Virus record (IMG/VR): IMGVR_UViG_3300042514_001858
Location: 32,001 to 96,000 of that record
Direction: 5' to 3' (one strand)
DNA: 64,000 nucleotides
Source of the DNA: a virus
Shown piece after piece: positions 40,250 through 48,346 of the stretch (position 1 is the stretch's first letter; each line of letters begins with the position of its first letter). The translations under genes were made by a program, and so were the position numbers. The notes beneath the pieces are model-generated. The model saw nothing but the letters and a program-made list of their open reading frames with translations. It searched no databases and was not told the origin of the DNA.

Positions 40250-40957
40250 TTAATTCTTCAGTGAGCTAAAAATATATTCCATTTCAAAATCACCACTCTT
40301 CGTGACGATACAACCAACTCCCAACTTGGAATTGATTTTGAATACATTACCAGTCTTCGATACTTTAGACAATAATTTCAAATTGTCAATCTTTAGAATG
40401 AAAGGATTGAGTTCAAATTCAACTTCATCCCCTACAATACTCAGAGTATCACTGTTTGGAACGGTTTCGTCTCCAACTTTCCACACCAAATTACCATCTT
40501 CTGTGAAAATATATAATTTCTTGGTGTTTGTGATGGAAGATTTTTGAAGAATATTGGAAAGGAAATCAAAGTCCAACTCAAATTCGATGTTATATTCAAA
40601 ATTACGAATCTTTTCCAGAGATAACTTGGGTCTAGTGATGACTCCTTCTTCATGGAGATGATATTTGAATTTGATTTGCTTATCTTTATACTCCAAATGG
40701 TTTCCGTTCAACTTTAGCTTTACAGTATCAGATGATACCATGTCTAATGCTTTGGAAAGTTTCTTCAAAGAAGGTAGATTTAAATTCTTTTCTTCAAAAT
40801 CACCTCTTAGATATGCATGAGCATACATGGAGTTATCCTCACTAGAGGAAATCCCATGTATGCCATCATCTGTCATTTCTAGAACACATGTGTCACTTAT
40901 TTGCGACAAGCTTAACAATAGGTTCTGAAACGGTTTTCTGTTTAGATTGATTTGCAT
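40250..40957 (-). CDS. gp45: Sliding clamp (gp45/PCNA fold)
   Basis: 235 aa; two-domain alternating beta/helix pattern (LKKLSKALDMV; ILKIDNLKLL); near gp32. Confidence 0.7.
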   Translation of the reverse strand: MQINLNRKPFQNLLLSLSQISDTCVLEMTDDGIHGISSSEDNSMYAHAYLRGDFEEKNLNLPSLKKLSKALDMVSSDTVKLKLNGNHLEYKDKQIKFKYHLHEEGVITRPKLSLEKIRNFEYNIEFELDFDFLSNILQKSSITNTKKLYIFTEDGNLVWKVGDETVPNSDTLSIVGDEVEFELNPFILKIDNLKLLSKVSKTGNVFKINSKLGVGCIVTKSGDFEMEYIFSSLKN

Positions 40958-41339
40958 ACGTCTTTTCTATCAGATTATTTTGCTTTGTCAACTTATTGGA
41001 AATTTCTTTCAACAAAATAATAATTTCTTCCACTTTAGTCGGCTCCAAATTCAATTCCAATTGCCCATCATCCACTTTTTGTGGCATTGGTGCATACTGG
41101 GGAACTTGAGGTAATTGTTGGGGTGGTAAATTAACAATTGGGGGTTGATGGACTTGTTGATGCTGAACAGGGCGAGGAGCTTGTTGTCTTTGCGTTTGGA
41201 TATACTCGTTCATACCATTTTTCAGAGTCTGTGCTGATGTGATAAGTGTTGATGGTCTATCAACCATCATTTGGTCAATCTGATTGGATTGACCAATCAA
41301 AAATGCCATTGCTTCAATTTCTTCGGGAATGTTATTCAT
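40893..41339 (-). CDS. Hypothetical Pro/Gln-rich protein
   Basis: 148-aa ORF; DDGQLELNL motif. Confidence 0.65.
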   Translation of the reverse strand: MNNIPEEIEAMAFLIGQSNQIDQMMVDRPSTLITSAQTLKNGMNEYIQTQRQQAPRPVQHQQVHQPPIVNLPPQQLPQVPQYAPMPQKVDDGQLELNLEPTKVEEIIILLKEISNKLTKQNNLIEKTYANQSKQKTVSEPIVKLVANK

Positions 41340-41347
41340 AATTTATT

Positions 41348-41384
41348 AAAGGGAAACCCTCCCCACCGATTGATGGAGAGGGTT
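41348..41384 (-). terminator. Hairpin after gp32 (terminator or stabiliser)
   Basis: AACCCTCTCCA-loop-TGGGGAGGGTT; short T tail. Confidence 0.55.
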
Positions 41385-41391
41385 AGTAGGG

Positions 41392-42309
41392 TTAGTCATC
41401 TAATCCAGCAAGAAGATCGTCAATTTCATCATCGTCATCTTCAACTACTTTCTTTTTTGGGGTCGATGTCGCTTTCGACTTTACATGAACCATGGGAATG
41501 TCATCTTCATCTTCATCTTCATCGATTACTACTTCTTTTTTGGCTTGTTTTAGAGGCTTGCGCTCTTCTTTCTCTGCACCAACGAAGAAGTGTTCGTTCA
41601 GAACTTCTTGAAGCTCATCGTAAGTCTTCACGGGATAAACTGCTTCAAGATCATGAAGAGACTCACAAATCTTATCAATCTCTTCCTCATCCAAAACAGT
41701 CTTGGACTTGGTAGTGATGAACGAAGATTCGAATGTGGTGTATTCACCTTTCTTCTCAGCAACGATCTTGAAATCATGTCCTTTAGTCGGGTCGAAAATG
41801 TCCCAACCAAGTTCATCGGAACGCTCCCCTTCGGTGGCATCATCAATGATTTTCTTAATTTGTGGACCCATACGAAGAATCCTCGTAGTGCCATTGTTTT
41901 CTGGTTTAGCAGGATCATTGATCACGTAAACATTCACAAGCCACTGCTCTTTCTGAGCAATTTCTGCTTTGTATTCTTTGTTCTCAGCTTTAGGATTAGC
42001 TTCTTTCCAGCTTTTCCAAAGTTTCCAACGAAGTTCAGAGATTGGATCACGATCACCAAAAGTTTGAAGACCAATGTAGCTCATATAAGAACCTGTTGCT
42101 TTGCTATTCCAACCATTCACCCAATGATGGAAGAGACTCTTTTCAGGATTCTCCACATTAGGGATCAGACGCAGAGTGTATGTATTGCCAGCAGGAAAAC
42201 TCATAATATTTGAGAATTGTCCACCAGATGATTCATTACCCTTGTTTAAAGCTGCTTTGATCGAATCGAACATTGCAGCACCGAATTTGCTTTTTGTTTT
42301 TGTTGCCAT
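41392..42309 (-). CDS. gp32: Single-stranded DNA-binding protein
   Basis: LRLIP, VNVYVINDPAKPENNG, IFDPTKGHDFKI, acidic tail DDEIDDLLAGLDD. Confidence 0.9.
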   Translation of the reverse strand: MATKTKSKFGAAMFDSIKAALNKGNESSGGQFSNIMSFPAGNTYTLRLIPNVENPEKSLFHHWVNGWNSKATGSYMSYIGLQTFGDRDPISELRWKLWKSWKEANPKAENKEYKAEIAQKEQWLVNVYVINDPAKPENNGTTRILRMGPQIKKIIDDATEGERSDELGWDIFDPTKGHDFKIVAEKKGEYTTFESSFITTKSKTVLDEEEIDKICESLHDLEAVYPVKTYDELQEVLNEHFFVGAEKEERKPLKQAKKEVVIDEDEDEDDIPMVHVKSKATSTPKKKVVEDDDDEIDDLLAGLDD

Positions 42310-42321
42310 ATTGTTGTTTAG

Positions 42322-42960
42322 TTATTGTAGTTGATTTGTTATTTTGTCAATTGCTTTTTTTGAGAAATCCCGCATCTTCCTGCTCAGATAGAATTTGTTT
42401 TTCGTTTTTTGAAACGTAATCCAAAAGTCTGAGAAAATAAAATCCAGAATCCGATTCTCTACCTCGATTTTTGTAACACCTAAAGCATGAAGCGCATACA
42501 TATTTATATGATGGTTCTTCAGATGGTCAATCATGTTCGGTAGAGCGTCTTCAATATATAATGGATATTCTTTCAAAGTCAAGTTTTTTTCTTTGCAGAA
42601 ATTTTTGACAAATTTAAGACTATCCACCAATCGATTGAGAGAACTTTCCGAATCAGGATCATCCATCTCAATTTTCTTCATGTATTGAGAGTATGCCTTC
42701 TTTGCTTTGGAAGTCAAGTAAAAATCCAAATCAAAATAGTCATCATCCTCAAAAATTACGTAAGGGGCAGCGAAATAATCATCAATTTTAATATTTTGAT
42801 AACTATTGAAAAATCTTTCCAGAGAAGCGAGACGATCTAGCTTGGTTTGATCCATGTCGGAGAAATCCTTACGAATCCGAAATGGTTTGTCACGCATCTT
42901 GCGGGAGATGGCGAGATGAGAATTGTAAATTCTCTTTTGAAAGTCTGTCATATCAATCAT
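42322..42960 (-). CDS. Hypothetical protein upstream of gp32
   Basis: 212-aa ORF. Confidence 0.7.
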   Translation of the reverse strand: MIDMTDFQKRIYNSHLAISRKMRDKPFRIRKDFSDMDQTKLDRLASLERFFNSYQNIKIDDYFAAPYVIFEDDDYFDLDFYLTSKAKKAYSQYMKKIEMDDPDSESSLNRLVDSLKFVKNFCKEKNLTLKEYPLYIEDALPNMIDHLKNHHINMYALHALGVTKIEVENRILDFIFSDFWITFQKTKNKFYLSRKMRDFSKKAIDKITNQLQ

Positions 42961-43179
42961 TTAATATCTATCATTATAACTCATGAACGCATCCATGCAA
43001 GCGTCTTCTGTCATATCACGAATATCCCATTCAACAGATTCCAACCATCTTTTATTAAAATTGATACCATCAACATGTTCAGATAGCCATAAAATATAAG
43101 ATGGTTCAATATCAGCAATCTCATCAAAAGATTTACCTTTATATTTCCCAAAATTAATTATATCCTCTGGTTTTTTCAT
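42961..43179 (-). CDS. Small FGKYKG-motif protein (DUF3820/ExoX C-terminal-like)
   Basis: INFGKYKGKSFDEIADIEPSYILWL. Confidence 0.7.
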   Translation of the reverse strand: MKKPEDIINFGKYKGKSFDEIADIEPSYILWLSEHVDGINFNKRWLESVEWDIRDMTEDACMDAFMSYNDRY

Positions 43180-43460
43180 TTCTTTCTCTTTTTCTGCTCT
43201 GAATTAATGTATTTCGTGATGAACTTACTACGTGAAATAGTAGGATCATAATCTAGAAACACTTTAACAAGTTCTTGGTCAGAGTCAAGAGATAAAATGG
43301 TTTTCAAAATTGTTTTTAGCCTTTCCTCTTGGAGAGTAGTCACGAAAACATTCTGAATGGATAATTTTTTTCCTTTAAGATGATTTATAAAGGAACAATA
43401 GCATAGAAAGAGGTGATTTGTTTCCTCTTCCACAATTTCTGATGATGGATCAAAGCTCAT
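43176..43460 (-). CDS. Hypothetical protein
   Basis: 94-aa ORF with ATGA overlaps. Confidence 0.65.
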   Translation of the reverse strand: MSFDPSSEIVEEETNHLFLCYCSFINHLKGKKLSIQNVFVTTLQEERLKTILKTILSLDSDQELVKVFLDYDPTISRSKFITKYINSEQKKRKK

Positions 43461-44320
43461 AATTCTGTAAGTGTTTCGCTGAATTTCAAAAATTCTTTGG
43501 TGATTTTACCTCCTGATGCCCATTCGCCGCCACCACCGTCACCACCGTCACACAGATTAGCAGCCATTTTAGCAATGTCAACCTCCGATCCTTTACATTT
43601 TCTAAAAGAAACGAATTTTGTATCAGGGTTCATTACAATTACAGCGTCTCCTTTATAATTTTCCATAATGGAATGGCTCAATTCATTCACGGAGAACTTA
43701 GAAATCGTGGAAATGACCTTAAATCCTTCCCATTCTCCTGTGAATAGTTGAATTTGCTCCAATTCTTTTTCTAATTCCTTGAAAAAACCTTCAGCAAGCT
43801 TAACTTCTGTGGTAGTGAACCCGTCAAACCCGTTCCAGAAGCGATTTACAAAATTAATAAAGCGATTTCCACCAGATTTACGATAAAGAGCATTGAGATA
43901 CTTGGTTTCTTCGTGTTTTAGATCATATGAATTGTAATCATCGACGTATAGGAAGAATTTTTTCAAATCTTTCGTAAATTCCACCTTTTCTTTGAATTTT
44001 TTATACAACATCTTGGTGCAAGATGAACATTCTTCCTGAATCATGGTTGAATCCCATGTTTTGAAGTCTTCGGGACGGTCTGAAACGAACACCACACGAT
44101 GATCGTCAATCTTTTTGATAAGATTTTGATCTAGAACCATGCCGACTACGAAGATTTTATCATAATCTTCTGCATTTTCTTTAGCCCATGGTAGATATTG
44201 TTCTTCAAACTTACCAAAAAAACAATGACGATACTCAAAATTCTTAAATAAATTACCTAAAAGAACTGTAGAACCAATACCATCCAAATCTGAGTTGACC
44301 CAAGCAAAGATACGTTGCAT
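43457..44320 (-). CDS. DHH/DHHA1-family phosphoesterase-like protein with degenerate active-site motifs
   Basis: NSDLDGIGS motif I, VDDYNSY, VSFR...GGGGEWASG DHHA1-like end; start MQRIFAW. Confidence 0.7.
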   Translation of the reverse strand: MQRIFAWVNSDLDGIGSTVLLGNLFKNFEYRHCFFGKFEEQYLPWAKENAEDYDKIFVVGMVLDQNLIKKIDDHRVVFVSDRPEDFKTWDSTMIQEECSSCTKMLYKKFKEKVEFTKDLKKFFLYVDDYNSYDLKHEETKYLNALYRKSGGNRFINFVNRFWNGFDGFTTTEVKLAEGFFKELEKELEQIQLFTGEWEGFKVISTISKFSVNELSHSIMENYKGDAVIVMNPDTKFVSFRKCKGSEVDIAKMAANLCDGGDGGGGEWASGGKITKEFLKFSETLTEL

Positions 44321-44324
44321 GTCA

Positions 44325-44352
44325 TAATTACTCGGATTTAAAGAATTGTCAA
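44325..44352 (-). promoter_or_regulatory. TTGACA-N16-TAATTA promoter of the DHH gene, 4 nt before ATG
   Basis: Same arrangement at 45341-45368 and at 59077-59104. Confidence 0.6.
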
Positions 44353-44360
44353 TCATAATA

Positions 44361-44449
44361 ACACAACATGTCGCTCCATCCAACGGCTCAAAGTCGTCTG
44401 TTTCGTATTCAGAGTCTTACGTTCGCCGTGGATGAGCTAGACGTTCGGC
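44361..44449 (+). mobile_element. attC: Integron attC site 1 (89 bp)
   Basis: R'' ACACAAC, 5-nt spacer, L'' GCTCCATC, CAACGGC...GCCGTG, L' GATGAGC, 5-nt spacer, R' GTTCGGC; extra C in L'' and extra A give the two canonical extrahelical bases. Confidence 0.9.
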
Positions 44450-44997
44450 AAAATAATCCCCCACCCCCCTCCTCCCGACGACAAAGAGAAACAACAAACA
44501 TTATGACAGATAATACAAAGAAAGGATATTTTGATGAAAATCTCACTTTTGATGGGATACAGAAGACAATCGATGATTTAGTAACAAATTACCCAAATCA
44601 TATCGGCGTTATTACCGCAATTGGTAAGTTGGGTAGCTTAATGTCAATTTTACACGATGACAACAAAGAACAAAACCGACTAACAAAAATCCAGAATAGG
44701 CGAGTGGAGATTTTATCTTGGGTTGTCGGTGTTTGCACCTTGATTACGACATTTGCAACCATCATGAGTATCTGTAAGTGAATTACGGGCAAACCAATCC
44801 ATAATCTCTTTAACTTTTCTATCCTGTTCACGATTGAATGATTCTTGATATTCTTTTTCAGTGTCTCGTTTGTCAGCATTTGTAATAAATCTCCACATCC
44901 TAGAAAAAAATGAAGAAGCCGAACAAGACGCTCCATCCAACGGCGAAAACGTCTTTGATTGTTTCGGACTCTGTTTGCGCCGTGGATGAGCTAGACG
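44444..44997 (+). mobile_element. Complete integron gene cassette (554 bp, G|TT to G|TT)
   Basis: Begins TTCGGC, and its own attC R'' is GCCGAAC (exact complement of GTTCGGC), as expected for an IntI-integrated cassette. Confidence 0.85.
44503..44781 (+). CDS. Cassette ORF, 92 aa, with C-terminal transmembrane helix
   Basis: Canonical cassette orientation (towards attC2); ILSWVVGVCTLITTFATIMSIC hydrophobic tail. Confidence 0.6.
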   Translation: MTDNTKKGYFDENLTFDGIQKTIDDLVTNYPNHIGVITAIGKLGSLMSILHDDNKEQNRLTKIQNRRVEILSWVVGVCTLITTFATIMSICK

Positions 44998-45027
44998 TTG
45001 TGTATTATTTTTATTTTTATTTTTCAT
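44713..45027 (-). CDS. Reverse ORF starting in phage flank and reading through attC2 into the cassette
   Basis: 104 aa; strong promoter 9 nt upstream; QRLAHPRR...PLDGASCSAS is the attC bottom strand. Confidence 0.5.
   Translation of the reverse strand: MKNKNKNNTQRLAHPRRKQSPKQSKTFSPLDGASCSASSFFSRMWRFITNADKRDTEKEYQESFNREQDRKVKEIMDWFARNSLTDTHDGCKCRNQGANTDNPR
44918..45003 (+). mobile_element. attC: Integron attC site 2 (86 bp)
   Basis: R'' GCCGAAC, AAGAC, L'' GCTCCATC, CAACGGCG...CGCCGTG, L' GATGAGC, TAGAC, R' GTTGTGT. Confidence 0.9.
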
Positions 45028-45036
45028 AAGGTCTGT

Positions 45037-45064
45037 ATTGTATACTAGTTTTTAAGAAAGTCAA
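45037..45064 (-). promoter_or_regulatory. Sigma70-like promoter TTGACT-N16-TACAAT pointing into the attC array
   Basis: agtcaa 45059-64, attgta 45037-42. Confidence 0.7.
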
Positions 45065-45381
45065 CCATTTGATAATTTTTGCAATAAGTCCAATTCATCA
45101 TTGTCCATAATTTCTTCCTCATCAATCTTTTTGATAAGATTTTGATCTAGAACCATGCCGACGATAAAGATTTTATCATAATCCTCTGCGTTTTCTTTAG
45201 CCCATGGTAGATATTGCTCTTCAAACTTACCAAAAAAACAATGACGATACTCAAAATTTTTAAATATGTTCCCCAAAAGAATTGTTGATCCAATTCCATC
45301 CAAATCGCTATTGACCCATGCAAAAATTCGCTGCATGTTATAATTACCAATTTCTATAAAATTGTCAATAGGTGATTCCAT
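45061..45381 (-). pseudogene. Chimeric remnant: DHH N-terminus fused to helicase C-terminal tail
   Basis: 45122-45368 copies 44106-44352 (offset 1016); 45104-45124 is identical to 46252-46272; reading frame still open. Confidence 0.8.
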
Positions 45382-45411
45382 ATAAGAATCTTAGAATAGG
45401 ATTAAGAGAAA

Positions 45412-46203
45412 TCAAATAACTCTTGGTTCATTTTTAGATTTAATTACATAGCTACTCATAACCTTGTTATATAAATCAGGTTGAACTTTTTTCAACCTAT
45501 CAAAACCTATCATAGATTTATTATACATCAAATATGTTCTTATTTTTGAAAATGATTCTTTGCGTTCAACACATTCAGCATCGTAAATATATTTAATATT
45601 TCTCTCCAATCTTGTGAATCCTTTATCACCATCCTCATAACCAAAATTTAAATACCACATAATGTTATCAGGATTTTTTGGAGTTGCAGTGGTAAAAAAC
45701 CCAATTTTAAATTTGGTGTTTTCTTTTGGTTCTTGGACTCTGTTTTGTAGGCTATTAAATCCGCGTTGCCCCACTTGTGTCGAACTAGGATTATGTCCAA
45801 CCGAATATACGGAATATGCATATGCTGGATTGGATGAAAAATAGACTGAATTTCCTATAGCTTTGGAATCTTCACCCTTGGAAAAGGGGTCGGGATTTTT
45901 ATGTCCCCTATACACCAAAGAACCATCTTTAGGTAAAGAGTCGAACCCCTCTTTCAAATAAAATCCGTAATATTTCATCACCTGCTCCAGATATTCGTTT
46001 TCATCGTTACGAATATCTTGGGTAATACTTCCACTTCCCATAGTTTGTTTATACTGAACTGCATCATCACGATTTTTTTTATAAGATGCAACATCTTTAA
46101 TGGAAAAGCTATCATCTTTTCGATCAAACATAGTTCCAAAAGGTCTATTACCTTCCCTTTTTTTTGTGACAAATTCTTCAAAAAATATTTTAAACGATAC
46201 CAT
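45412..46203 (-). CDS. Putative ADP-ribosyltransferase-fold protein
   Basis: LVYRG ... VYFSSNPAYA ... YDAE (R-S-E-like); TAAATA-N5-ATG; MVSFKIFFEE N-terminus. Confidence 0.45.
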   Translation of the reverse strand: MVSFKIFFEEFVTKKREGNRPFGTMFDRKDDSFSIKDVASYKKNRDDAVQYKQTMGSGSITQDIRNDENEYLEQVMKYYGFYLKEGFDSLPKDGSLVYRGHKNPDPFSKGEDSKAIGNSVYFSSNPAYAYSVYSVGHNPSSTQVGQRGFNSLQNRVQEPKENTKFKIGFFTTATPKNPDNIMWYLNFGYEDGDKGFTRLERNIKYIYDAECVERKESFSKIRTYLMYNKSMIGFDRLKKVQPDLYNKVMSSYVIKSKNEPRVI

Positions 46204-46211
46204 TCCATTAT

Positions 46212-47525
46212 TTAATCACTCAACTTTTCAAGAAGGCTAAGTTCATTATTATCCATAATTTCTTCCTCATCATCTGCCTGATATATAGAAAGTGTGGAAT
46301 AATTAATTCTCATGGCTTGTGTCATTCCTCTCGGTCCGAACCTATTTTTCATCATTCCCAGACGAATTACTGCCATTTCTTGGTCTTCTTCGTTCTGGAA
46401 GATAGATACAATCACATCAGCAGTCATAACAATAGCCAAAGACTCAGCAACACCTGACATATCAGGGTTATTTTGTCCAACAGCAGATCTATTCAACTGA
46501 CAAGCTGAAATAATAGGGCATTTATAGACATAAGACAATGCTCTGACCTGTTCGCAGATGTTTTTACCCTTTTCATAGCTGTTACTACCAGCAGCAGTCA
46601 TCAAAGTAAGGTAATCAAGCACAATAGCATCAATTCTGATACCAGAATCTTTCATTTTCTTGATAAAAGCTCCCAATTGCTTAGGTGTAATCGTAGATGG
46701 GGGGAATTCTTTGATATAAATGCGCCCATCAGTGTTCTTATGCTCTTGTTCAAGGGCATGTCGAAGCGTTGGGACACAATTACGGAACTCCTTCATGGGA
46801 ATCTTCGTCACATTCGAAGCAATTCTCTTAGCATAGAGCGTTTCCGACATCTCCAGAGTCACAACAAGCACATGTTTACCTTGGGATGCCATGTTTGCCG
46901 CCACATTACCAAGGAAAATGCTCTTTCCAATGTTAGATTGACCCGCAAACACATACAATGCCTTACCAGCTTCTTGAAATCCACCGTCCAATGCCTCATC
47001 TAACCATGCCCATTTGGAAGAAATAGTGGTTTCATCACTCAAAATGTCATCAATGACCTTTTCAACATCACCATAAAGCTCAATTCCTTTATCAACATTG
47101 AGATTGATACCAGCAATCTTCTCAAATTTCTCCACGATCTTGGCGGTATCGGCTTCTCCTTCCGATATTTCTTCTGCTGACTCCAAAATGGAGTGATACA
47201 TGCCCCGTTCCTTGAGGAATCTTTCTGTATTCTCATACAATTCATCCTGATTGTGATTGGAATCGATCTCTTTGAATGATTCAATTAACTTTTTGAAGTT
47301 GGTTTTGAGTTCATCTGTCGTGAGATATGTCTTCACCTCTGTGAATGTGGGAAGAGATTGTCGTTTCTCGTAGAAATCTGCAACAATCTCAAAATATTTC
47401 GCAATATTTTTATCCGTGAAATACTTGGGTTGGACGTAATCAGCAATGGATGCCAGATAAGCACCATTCGTGATCGCGTTCTTCACAAGAACCTTTTCAA
47501 AATAATCAAAATCTATTTCAGACAT
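46212..47525 (-). CDS. gp41: Replicative DnaB-type helicase
   Basis: AGQSNIGKS, VTLEMSE, IKEFP, VLDYL, ACQLNR, AES...TAD, KNRFG. Confidence 0.95.
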   Translation of the reverse strand: MSEIDFDYFEKVLVKNAITNGAYLASIADYVQPKYFTDKNIAKYFEIVADFYEKRQSLPTFTEVKTYLTTDELKTNFKKLIESFKEIDSNHNQDELYENTERFLKERGMYHSILESAEEISEGEADTAKIVEKFEKIAGINLNVDKGIELYGDVEKVIDDILSDETTISSKWAWLDEALDGGFQEAGKALYVFAGQSNIGKSIFLGNVAANMASQGKHVLVVTLEMSETLYAKRIASNVTKIPMKEFRNCVPTLRHALEQEHKNTDGRIYIKEFPPSTITPKQLGAFIKKMKDSGIRIDAIVLDYLTLMTAAGSNSYEKGKNICEQVRALSYVYKCPIISACQLNRSAVGQNNPDMSGVAESLAIVMTADVIVSIFQNEEDQEMAVIRLGMMKNRFGPRGMTQAMRINYSTLSIYQADDEEEIMDNNELSLLEKLSD

Positions 47526-47694
47526 CTATAATTTTACTTTTTTGTACTAATTCTTTAGTATCACCTTCTTGCATTTGACGAATTTTACCACTGTAATCGA
47601 TTTTATCAGGTTGCCCAGTGTAATCGGGAGCATCAATCATCGTCATTCGCCACTCTTCACCTTTAATAGTAACTATTTCTTCTTTATTGTCCAT
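47518..47694 (-). CDS. Small hypothetical protein
   Basis: Fills the gap between the GT and helicase genes; start MDNKEE. Confidence 0.5.
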   Translation of the reverse strand: MDNKEEIVTIKGEEWRMTMIDAPDYTGQPDKIDYSGKIRQMQEGDTKELVQKSKIIDV

Positions 47695-48340
47695 ATGTCT
47701 CCAAATAATATTTCTCACCAGCTTTCCAATCCTCAGTGAATTCTCGCAACCCTGGAGATTCATGAGTAATCATAACATCACCTACTCCAATTTTCAAGCC
47801 TTTTTCTAAAGCTTTTTGTTGCATACAGAGATCATAGAAGTGGAAACCTGATGGACAATCCTCATCAAACCGCACAGTTTCAATCGCTTTCCGATTGAAT
47901 GCCATGAAAACACCATCAATCATCACCACTCTTTGTGGATAAGCACCAAAACTGGTCATATATTTTTTATCACCGTGCTTGTGCGCTACTGCACCGTGTA
48001 GGTGTCCTTGCCCCATTAGATGCCATAGTGCAGGAGACTTGATTTCTGCTTGAGAACACCCTGCTACGCCCACAATATCGAATTCCTGAAATAGTTTCTC
48101 CAGCTTTGGTCGAGGATCATGTTCCAGATGAACGTCATCGTGGATGAACATCACATAATCAAATTTCTCCTTGATGGCTATGTCTAGGAATTCATTATAA
48201 ACCTTGGCAAGTCCTTGGCGATTGTTGAACTTTGGGCGAATAAAATGATCCAAATCCAAATCCAAAGCTGTTTTAGCTAGGGGAAAGTGCCAATTATTGC
48301 CTTTGGTCGCGGTGAAGATACAAATATTAGAATTTGACAT
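47684..48340 (-). CDS. GT2-like glycosyltransferase
   Basis: GLAKVYN, FIHDDV, IVGVAG, IDGVFMA, RFDE...FHFYDL, ITHESPG. Confidence 0.8.
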   Translation of the reverse strand: MSNSNICIFTATKGNNWHFPLAKTALDLDLDHFIRPKFNNRQGLAKVYNEFLDIAIKEKFDYVMFIHDDVHLEHDPRPKLEKLFQEFDIVGVAGCSQAEIKSPALWHLMGQGHLHGAVAHKHGDKKYMTSFGAYPQRVVMIDGVFMAFNRKAIETVRFDEDCPSGFHFYDLCMQQKALEKGLKIGVGDVMITHESPGLREFTEDWKAGEKYYLETYGQ

Positions 48341-48346
48341 GGAATT

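Noticed and set aside
44321-44383. N-terminal extension MDGATCC... of the DHH gene
   Set aside because: It is attC and promoter sequence; coding similarity with the duplicate copy begins at MQRIFAW
44361-45003. Mini-CRISPR, terminators or IS ends as the explanation for the two repeats
   Set aside because: No T tails, transposase or target duplication; the bulged hairpin and swapped R boxes fit attC specifically
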